From contig OU015566.1 in the NCBI GenBank assembly GCA_907165135.1, positions 3,968,001-4,032,000 of the forward strand: a stretch of DNA of 64,000 nucleotides, written 5' to 3'. Both the position numbers and the translations under genes were made by a program. This document shows, in pieces, positions 45,552 through 55,206 of this stretch (within the stretch, counting starts at the first letter, position 1; the number at the start of each line of letters is the position of its first letter). The notes beneath the pieces are model-generated. The model searched no databases, was not told the DNA's origin, and saw nothing but the letters and a program-made list of their open reading frames with translations. Source of the stretch: Oikopleura dioica. Taxonomy: Eukaryota; Animalia; Chordata.

Positions 45552-48004
45552 ATGACGGAAAAGAAAAAGGAGATAAAACAACAACGATGGGGAAATCAAA
45601 TCGAGTATTTTCTCGCACTCGCCGGAGGCGCAATCGGGCTCGGGAACGTCTGGCGATTTCCGTTTTCGGGTCGAAAATCGTCTTTTTGGATCATTTTATG
45701 CAGTTTTAGGGCTCAAACTGGCCATTTTGTTGAAAATAATTTTTGACCCGAAATTAAGTACCTTTGTTATAAAAACGGAGGCGGCGCCTTTCTCATCCCT
45801 TATTTCACCTTCATGTTCTTGGGCGGGGTGCCCATGTTCTTGATGGAATCAGCACTCGGCCAGTTCATGCAATCCGCAGGCATGGCAGCTTGGAACATAA
45901 TTCCAGCCTTCAAAGGCGTTGGCTGGTGCTCTTGTGTGATCATTTTTGGCTCAATTGTTATTACATTGTTATCCTTGGTAAGTTTTTTCTTCAATTTTGA
46001 AGATTTATTTTATTCATGGAGAAAAATTTTTTTTAATTCAAAAATTTCAAAAAAAGAAATTTTTTTTTATTATTCATTTTATTCTTCTTCATTAATCCTA
46101 TCTAAGGATGGGCGCTTTTCTACCTGTTCAACAGTTTCATCTCGCCTCTTCCCTGGACAACATGCGGCAACGCCTGGAACTCCGACTGCTGCACCACCAA
46201 CATTCAAACTAGCGACAACGGTTCGAGCTTTCTCGTCAAGCCAGCCAACTGCAGCGAAAACGTCACCTACCCCGAGTTAGAATTCTGGAAGCGGAGAAGT
46301 CTTCAAGTTCATGAGTCGCCCGGGATCGATGATTTGGGAGAAATGCGATGGGAGCTCATTGGACTCGTTTTTCTCGCCTGGGTGATCACCTTTTTCTGCA
46401 TTTTTCGGGGAACGAAGAGTACTGGAAAGTCGGTTTATGTGACTTCTACGTTTCCATTGGTGATGATGATTATTTTGATCATAAGAGGAGTCACGCTCGA
46501 TGGCGCCATGCAAGGGATTGAGTTCTATCTCAAGGTAGGTCATAAGAGCCTTAAAAACCAGCAAAAAATAGACAATTTCATAATTTTGAAAACTTTCCAT
46601 TGCTCAACCGGAAAGACCGCTTATCATAAACGATGGTTCGATGGCCGTAAAAATTGATCTTATAATTGACGATTTTCACGATTTTCCTTTTTTACGATTG
46701 TCGGTTTTCCTGAAGTGACTATTTTTGATGAAGTTTCTTTCAGCCGGATTTCTCGAAGCTCAATTCGATTGATGTTTGGATCGATGCTGGTACTCAGGTC
46801 TTTTTCAGCTTCATGATTGGCTTCGGGAGTTGCACTGCGATGGCGTCTTATAATGACTTTCAGTACAATAGCTTCAAGTGGTCCATTATTCTTTGCATCT
46901 TGAACGGTAAGTCTTTTCAAAAAAAAAAGAGAACCGCAACTTTTCTAGCTTCGGCATCATTTTTCTCCGGTTTCGCGATCTTCTCTATTTTGGGCTACAT
47001 GTCGAAACAGACGGGAATCGGCGTCGCAGACATTGCTGAAAGTGGACCTGGCTTGGCCTTCATCGTTTATCCTCGAGCAGTGAGCTTGATGGCGGGATCG
47101 AATTTCTGGGCGGTCTTGTTTTTTGGCATGTTGTTGATGCTCGGCCTCGCTAGCCAGTAAGTAGCTTCTTTGATGTTCAAAGACACATTCTCCTAGCTAC
47201 ATTGGAGTCGATGGAATGGTCGCTATGCTTGCTGATATCTACCCAAGCGTCTTCAAAACCTCGAAAAAGGGTCGACCAATTCTTGTCGCCGCGATTTCCA
47301 TCATCTGCTTTCTCATTGGAATTCCCATGCTGACCCAAGTATTTTTCCACCGCTCTTCTTTCCTCATCCTTTTCAGGGAGGAATCTACGTCTTCCAATTA
47401 TTCGACAAATACGGCGCTTCCGGAATGGCAGTTCTTTGGTTTTCCTACTTCTCTTCCACCGCCATTTCTTGGTTTCATGGAATTGGACCGTTTTATCAAA
47501 AACTCGATAAAATGTACAAAAAGGTCGGTCCGAAAATAGAAGGAAAAGGGTCAATTTTGCTTCAGGAAATTAATGTTTTCGCCTTCCCATGGACGATGTT
47601 TGGCTTTGTGTTGAAATACTTGACTCCTTTGGTTTGCGCTTTGGTCTTTTTCGGAAAACTTTCGGATATGGGAAGAACGACGTATGACAAAGTCTACGAA
47701 TACCCTGCTTGGGCCGATGCTATCGGCGTTTTTATGGCTCTCACGAGGTAATAATTGATGAAAACAAAACAATCAGCAGTTCTTTAGCATGATTTGCGTG
47801 CCGCTCGTCCTCGGATACGAACTGTGCAACGCCACTGGAGAAACTTTGAAAGAAAAATGGCAATTTGCACTAAAAGAACGGCTTCCAGAGCAAACTCTAA
47901 AAGCTCTATCGAAAATCGAAGAAGAAGATCGGGAAGAATCAGAAAACAGCAATTCTGCAATAATAAAACCAGCGCTTGATTCAAAGACTGATTTTATTAA
48001 TTGA
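45552..48004 (+). CDS. SLC6: SLC6 Na+/Cl- dependent transporter, GABA/taurine/creatine-like subfamily
   Basis: [61 protein letters not shown], YPAWA motifs; about 8 exons; needs 1-bp fixes at 45662 and about 45945. Confidence 0.93.
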
Positions 48005-48115
48005 TCGAAAAAACTGCTCTTCATTCGAAAAAGCGCTGTTCATAGTTTATATAAGAAGTAAATAAATAAAATTTTTTCAAAAAAATTTTCAGATTTATTT
48101 TTTCAAGCGAATGAA

Positions 48116-49499
48116 TCAATGCATGTCTCGATATTTGAGCATTCTCGGCTGCAATTCCGTCGGTCTTTCATGAAGTGGGACAATGAAATTCGCCAAATTC
48201 TAGAGTTGATGTTAAAAAACGATTTTTCTAGCAATATTCAGACCTGATTCAAAGTTGCCATGTATCTCATTCCATCCATCATCAATTGAATTTTGAACTT
48301 TCTTCTTTTGATCGTTGTTTGATATTCTTCGTCTAGAAACTCTTCATCGTCATTTTCAACTTTTTCTTTGTCCAATTCGGCGCATGCTTCCTTGATCATT
48401 TCAGCAATTTGATTGAAATTGTCGGCAACTCGCTCGATGAGCTCTCCGAATTGAATTACAGTCGGCTCGTTTTCTTGCCAGTCGTAATATTCGTGCTTGA
48501 AGTTGATATCCGCGAGCAAATCTAGAATTGTTTTACTTTTTTGGGAGCTTCTAGCAAGTACCTTCTGGATTGATGAATCGTCGATTTTGAGACTCCCACT
48601 GCGCTTGTTCTGGATTTTTGAAATTTTCAAAGCATTCAACCACATTTTGGTAGAGAGCGTAGCAAAGAATGAATTTTCGTTTGACGAGAGTAAAGTCCAT
48701 CAAGCTTCGCTCTCTTTCAGACGCTTCAGAAGTCACTTTTTGTCTTTGATTTTGTTCAATACCGATGAAAGTAGGATGAAATTAGCGACACCGTGCGAGC
48801 AAATTCGCTTTTTCAAGCAGGTCGGAGGACCCCGCCTGCTGGAAGACTTCCTCTGTATGAGAAGAAATCTCTTCTCACTGAAATCTTTCATTTTTTAATA
48901 TTTTATGAAAATAGTTGTGATTGAACAAGTTCCTGGTTGTTAGATAAATATTCAAAGCCGGAGCTCCTGCGTAAAGAAAATTTTTCTTTCTTTCAAAAAG
49001 CTCTTCTTCTGAAATTGTTTGAGGTCTTTGATCAGCGGTCTCTTCGTACTCCTTGAATCGGCTTTCAAGATGCGGCTCGATGAAATTTTTTAGATGTGTT
49101 TGCAAAATGTCTCTGAAACAACGGTGAGAAGGGGGATATTGAGGGAAGAGAGGGTACCTGTACTTCGCTGGAGTGGCGACGAAAAAGCCGTTGTGGATGA
49201 ATCTTTGTTCATATGGATCTAAGGCGGCGTGGAAAACATCAGGAGTATTGGCGGTTCTGAAATTTTAGATCAATTTGAAATTTACCTTATTTATAGTATT
49301 AAAAAAATTTTCAATTAAAAATGCCTTACTTGTGATGAATCATGTCCTGAAATCCGGCAAAATTGTCATCTTCGCTTACATTCAGCACAAATCGATAATC
49401 CGGTATTTTTGCGAAATCGCAAATAACATAAATCGGAATCATAATTTTATCATATTCTTCATCATCAAAATATCGTCGATTTTCTCGATTCTCTGTCAT
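48116..49499 (-). CDS. Uncharacterised intracellular protein (multi-exon), convergent with the SLC6 gene
   Basis: Open, splice-compatible segments MTENRENRRYF..., ...DILQTHLKNFIEPHLE..., ...LKIDDSSIQKVL...ENDDEEFLDEEY..., ...PRMLKYRDMH*; no family recognised. Confidence 0.6.
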
Positions 49500-49968
49500 T
49501 TCAGGACAGCTTTTGTCTCTCTATTGAATTTCCTTTTTCAAGATGGAGAAAAGGCAAAAAGGGAAAAATAAAAAAGGGAAAGGATAAAGACCAGAGTTGT
49601 AACAGAAGCCGTTTTTACGTTATTTACTCAAAATCGACTATTTGCTCGATTACACTAGAAAAAGTGAGAGTCTTCTCTCACTCATCTCGATTTATCAAAG
49701 TCGATTTTTTAAATGAATAAGACCGAGAATCAATCGTAAATGGTTGCCATGAGTCAGAAGGGTCACACTAAACCAAGTCATAAAAACAATGAATGGATAA
49801 CAAAAACAAGGAACTTTATTCATCAGTTCAAATATTTGATTTTACACGTTGACAACACCATTCTTGAAATTCTTGTTTCGCTTTAATCGGAGTAAATAGG
49901 AGAATCTTTTGGAAAGATCTGAGTCTTTCAAACACTCATTCTTATTTATAACGGTGTCGCCATCCTAT

Positions 49969-52404
49969 TTACTCTGTCTTTTCATTATCGTTCAAATCCG
50001 GCGAAACAAACTCTTCGACAGTTATGTCCGAAACGATTGGCCCACTGATGAATACAGTAGATTCTTGAGCGAAAAGAAATAGTAGTGTACCTGATCTTGT
50101 TATCATCAAAGTCGGAAAAATTCGGACCAAGGACAAATTCCTTCATCTTTTCTCAGGATAAAAAATGAAAAGCTTGCGTCTTCTGGGAACAAACCGCGCC
50201 GCGGTTTCTTATTTATCAATAAAGAAATTATCCAAATCATAATTTTTAATTCGATTAATTTGAAAATTTGTTATTTTATCCTGCCTTTTGGAGTCTTCCC
50301 TTTATATTGCATTCTACCAGGAATCGTTTGGTCCTGAATTTTTTAAACAACGAATCAGGGGAGAAGAATCGTACCTCTGGCAGAAATCGATGATAATTTG
50401 CAAGATTTTCACGACGCTAAGCCCTAGAATCAACCCTAAAGAGCCGCCAATATCAGCAAGCATAGCATTGAAGGTGTAAACTGCTTGTTCTTTTTTGACT
50501 GTAACTCGTTCTGAAAAAAGGAGCTTTCAAAATTTTCATAAGAGATGAAATTCCTACCAGCGGTGGTTCTCAAAACCCCAGTCATGTAGTAAAATTCTTC
50601 GGTTTCTGACGCAGAGGGAGCGATTCGGTACTAAAAAGCTTCAGAAATATTTTTAGGGGAAATTTTTTCGAAAATTTTTTTTTGGAAATTTTATGAAGAA
50701 TCTTTTTCCTGGATGTTTTCTTGATGAAATTCGTAGCTCTGGCATGCCGGTTTGCAGGAAACGGTATTTTTCGTCAATCCTAGATTTCGGGAAAAATTGG
50801 GAAAAGGAACATTTTCCTACCTTTTCGCTCGATCACGTGAGCGACGCATTTGACCTGGTCGTAGAAATTGCATTTTCGAACTTCTGGCTTGTCCCTTGAA
50901 TAGCTGTGATATTTGATTTTTCGAAAAAAGGGCGTACACGATGAGAAAATTATGAAGATAGTCGGGTCTGCAGTTGCACAGCGCCACCACCTGGTCGATG
51001 AGCTGTCGCATCTCGCAAGTGCTCTTCTTGTAAATATCCTTTTTGCTGTTTTTAAAGTGCATTATTCTGAATAATTTATTCAGCATTGAAAACAGGGTCT
51101 GAAACGCTCCCTGTTGTCGATAAATCTTGTATTTTCCCTCCAAATGAGACTTGTTGCACGCTCGGTATGGTTTTCCAAGATAAATATTTTTCACCAATTT
51201 GAAATTCACAATCGGAGTCAGTTGCGAGCTAAATTTTGATGCAAATTTTTCACTAAAAAGCTCGTTTTTGAATCAAAAAAATGCCTAAGAGAAATCGCTT
51301 TTGATTCTTCTTCCACTTTATCCTGGGCTCAGCATTTTGACCTGAGTAAAAAACTGACTCAGGACCTGTTTCCTGAGTTTTCGCACCTATTTGAGGAAAA
51401 ATTATCCTAGAATTCTAGATCTTAGATGTTCTAGATCTAGATCTTCTGATCCTTTCTCCTAACCCTGACTCAGGGTCCCTGAGTATGACCTCCAGCCTGA
51501 GTCAGGTTGCCGAGCCCAGACTTGATCTGTATAATAATTGTAATACAAATGGATCCCAAGCATTTGCCCATACCAGCCATAAGTCGAATCAGATTTATTC
51601 AACCCTGAAAATTAGCGATTTCTTCGTCTATTTTCTTACCGATGACGAAGCCCAGGTTATGTTCGGAAGAATTAAGATCAATCCTCGAAAGATGTAAGAA
51701 ATGCTCGCCCTCCACTTCATGGTACAAGTCGAACTCTTCCAATGAGTGTTTTTCTTACATTCATTTTCCCTCTTTTTCCTATAAAAACACCCCCGTTTCC
51801 TAGGCAAATGCCAAGCTTAGTCTTTCGCTGCTTCCAAATATGCGTGCAGTTCAAACTGTCAAACAAGCAATGAAAAATTTTCACATCGGGCATCGTTCTT
51901 CGAAAAAACTCGTCGAGGTCGATTTTGTTGAATTCGTCCCACGAGTTTTTGTCCCAATTCAATGTCGGGTCGGCCGAACCGTAGAAGGCGCGGAGGATGG
52001 TGGTGTTGATCTGGGGGTAGTACTTTTGCAGCTTCCACATTGAATGCATTTGGTAGGAGCACAGGGCGATTTTGGGAAAGGTGGAGACAGCGTCATCTTC
52101 GCGCTGGGTGAAAATGGACGGGTAGTCGTGGTATTTTTTCTAGAGATAGACACATATTTTTTGAGTATTAAGCATAAGTCTGTGAATAATGAAGCAAACA
52201 CAGAGTTTCATTAATCGAATTAGACTTGAGCGGATAAACATAAGGTAATCTTTAATGGTAACCATAGCTGGCTCGTAATCTGTCCAGTACACTGACAATT
52301 CCATACATGTTCTTCGAGGACTCCGTCAACACTTTCATCAAAAAATCGAAAAGTTCAAAACAGCCAAATTTTGTCATCTTCTTGTGCCTGGGAGTGTAAT
52401 TCAT
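49969..52404 (-). CDS. DEG/ENaC (ASIC-like) ion channel subunit
   Basis: Post-TM1 YHDYPS...FPKIALC; FHCLFDSLNC..W......GIC; YLGKPYRAC; CNCRPDYL; CKPACQSY; TM2 MLADIGGSLGLILGLSVV (GxS filter). The N-terminus is only approximate. Confidence 0.85.
51323..51519. mobile_element. 197-bp hAT-like MITE (CTGGGC family) with 8-bp TSD, forming an intron (51323-51521) in the DEG/ENaC gene
   Basis: TIR CTGGGCTCAGCA / TGCCGAGCCCAG; TSD ACTTTATC (51315-51322) / ACTTGATC (51520-51527). Confidence 0.9.
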
Positions 52405-52519
52405 CAGAATAACTTGTCCGGAGCCATTTTGTCCGATAAAAATCAAAAAATTAAGCAAAATTGGCACTGTTTCGTCAAAAAAGTCGAATTTTTAAATGCG
52501 ATTTGAATATGTTAGAGTC

Positions 52520-52789
52520 TGGGGACGGTCGGACTCATTACCAAAATTTTTAGTAGCCCATTATAAAATTTTTGGTCGTCCATTATCAATTAATTTTTTC
52601 TTTTCGCCAAGTTAATAAATAAAACACCCCGAAAGTTTTCTATTATATAGGCGCGGAGCGCACACTCGCTCTTTGAATTAAAAATGTCGACACTTTTTTG
52701 ACGAATTTGGTTATGCATTACCAAAATTGGTAATGGGTTACCAAAATTGGTAATGGGTCACCAATTGGTAATGAGTCCGACCGTTTCCC
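52520..52789. mobile_element. 270-bp MITE with a perfect 8-bp TSD
   Basis: TIR TGGGGACGGTCGGACTCATTACCAA / TTGGTAATGAGTCCGACCGTTTCCC; TTAGAGTC on both sides (52512-52519, 52790-52797); internal TTACCAAAATTGGTAATGG repeats. Confidence 0.88.
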
Positions 52790-52790
52790 T

Positions 52791-53720
52791 TAGAGTCGAG
52801 ATAGACCCCCAAAAAATCTCAAAATTTTGGAAGTCCGAAAATCGATTTTTCGAAAAATGTTGCCTTGGGGCAACAATATTTTTTGAGGAATTCTATAAAT
52901 TAAAAATAGTGGTGTTTCAATAAATTCAATCATGACTTACGATATTGTCAATAATGACTGTCGCGGAGTAGTAAAACCCTCCGACGTAAAACGAAAAAAT
53001 CACAACTAGAAAGAGCTTATTTCGACTCTTGAAAATCATCCCTTAAAATCGCTCTTTTTACATCTCTACATCGAAAGAAATACGCGGCAATCATCTTATA
53101 CGCGTTTTCGATGTAATGGTGCGAAAATGATGGTGAATGATATCGCGCGCTAATTTTGCAGAATAAGTGCTTTCGAAATTCAGAGAAAATGAAACGCGTT
53201 TTCAAAGTTCAAAAGCAGACAGATTGCTTGGAATCCTATTTTGTCCCTTCAAAGTATTAATCGACTAAGCTTTCAAAAATCTGAAAATAAGGCTTACCGC
53301 TAATCTGACATGACCTGGATCGAGCACAAAAGGGGGCTCATTTTTGATCATTCACTCGAGAAACGAGAGAAACAAAATTAAAACAAAAAAATATGCTCGA
53401 TTACATCGTTTTTTATACGTTTGTGTGTATATTTCTTTCTGCTTGCGTTTTTGGTAAGAGCTTTTTTGAGAAATCTTAGTTTAAAAGGCTTTATAAAGCT
53501 CTTTTTGCTGTTTTTGGGGGTTTATCTAACCCCAAAATCGCACTTGAAAATTGTTTTTTCGCCGAAAATTGACGATTTCGCCCTAATTTTGGCAAACATA
53601 TGATTTTTCTTTGTCAAATATTTTTTTAACCTGTTTAACCTGCGAACGCATTAATAACCAAAAATGTGGTGCTTTTAAAAATCTCCATTTTTCGAAGGAA
53701 AAAGCTGACGGGGGTCCTAA
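52791..53720. mobile_element. Probable degenerate larger relative of the 7740-8010 element
   Basis: AGAGTCGAGATAGACCCCCAAAAAA is the reverse complement of part of about 7845-7868; 53520-53570 resembles 7870-7915; ends TGACGGGGGTCC|TAA. Confidence 0.45.
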
Positions 53721-54112
53721 GGTAATTTTTTATTAAATATGATTTTAGTCGTGATGATGCTATTCTTCACCGGTGCCCTTCTTTCCCGCCTTGGAATCGC
53801 CAAAAATCGCGATTACAACGAAGAAATCTCCATCGAAATTTAACCGTTTTCCTTCTTCGAAATCAAATTTGCCTTTTGAAATTAAAAATAAAATGAGTGA
53901 CATAACTGCTGATGTGTTAATCGACCGCGTTGTTGTTTACGCATTCCAGTGCTCATTTTCACGAAATCTTTCCATCTGCTGTTTTCATTGTTTTCAAACA
54001 AATTCCTCAAGCCAACCGCAAGCGAGCGCTGACAAAGACCATTTATATCTCGCCCAGTCGCTGATTTCTCCATCAAACTCAAACTCGAGAATAAAAAAAC
54101 ACACACAGCAAG

Positions 54113-54969
54113 ATGAAACTGACATCCGGACTTCTCTTCGCTTTCGCCGCCGCCCAAGGTGAAGAAGAGCGAAAGAAGAACAACGCCTACGGAGGAAACA
54201 ACAACTACAACAACAACAATTACAACAACAACTACAACAACAACAACAACTACGGATCCGCCTACGGCGATCCCCACTTCATGATCAGCTCCTCCACCCA
54301 GCCCAGCATCTGCTTCGACTACACCCCGGAAGCCGACGCTGAGTTCACCCTTCTCTCCGACGCCTCCTCTGGCCTCCTCATCGAAGCCCACTCCGCCCTC
54401 CGATTGAAGCACGAGACCCACCGACACATCATCATGGACGAGATCAAATTCACCTCCCCCGAAGGCCGAGTCATCTCCTTCGACATCGACGGTGTCCATC
54501 TCAGCGGCTCCGAAGAGAACGCCTCCGACCGACACCCATTCACCGGCGTCCAGACCTTCGGAGACATCTCTTTCGTCACTCACACCGACGCCCACGGTAA
54601 CCACCAGCGAACCCACGTCGAGGTCGGCGATGCCGTCTTCATGGTCCGAGGAAACGCCCGAAAGGTAATCAAAACAAAAATCTTCGATGATTTTTTGGAA
54701 AATCTAAAGAAAAAATCCTCAACCCCCTTTTTCAGGAATCCATGGCTGTCGCCGTTGTCGAGCCAACTGGCCTCTCCGCCGAATCCACCGGCATCATCGG
54801 TCAATTCCTCCGATCCGACGCCTACACCGTCGAAGAGACCTCCAACCTCCACGCCACCGTCACCGCCGGCGGCATGTCCGTCGAGGCCGAGAAGAAGCCC
54901 TTCCATCAGCAACTCGCCTGCTGGGTCGTTGAAGAGGATGCCATGCTCAACATGATCGCCAACATCTAA
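54113..54969 (+). CDS. 261-aa secreted protein: short Asn/Tyr-rich peptide fused to a stand-alone inter-alpha-trypsin-inhibitor heavy-chain C-terminal (ITI_HC_C-like) domain
   Basis: Exons 54113-54664 and 54736-54969; signal MKLTSGLLFAFAAA; GD|PHFMI...ICFDY, TGIIGQF and CWVV motifs; strongly C-ending codons. Confidence 0.85.
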
Positions 54970-55206
54970 ATTCGAAAACAAACAAATCGCGATTGTTCTT
55001 CTTCCCTGTTTCTTTTTCTCCTTTCGTGGTGCAATATATAACCTTGGGATTTCAAAAATAATAAATGTGTCACCCACAGGTCATCAAAATTGAAGTCTTC
55101 TATTCAAAAATCAAGGAAATCGCAGGAAAATTATGAAAATATAGACATTTTTTATTTACTTGAAAGAGTGATTGAGCTTTTGTCGGTTTTCAGAAGCAAG
55201 CAGAAT

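Noticed and set aside
52520-52560. Resemblance to the Oikopleura spliced-leader RNA (GAGTCCGA)
   Set aside because: Only about 8 nt match; the sequence is explained as a MITE TIR with a perfect TSD.
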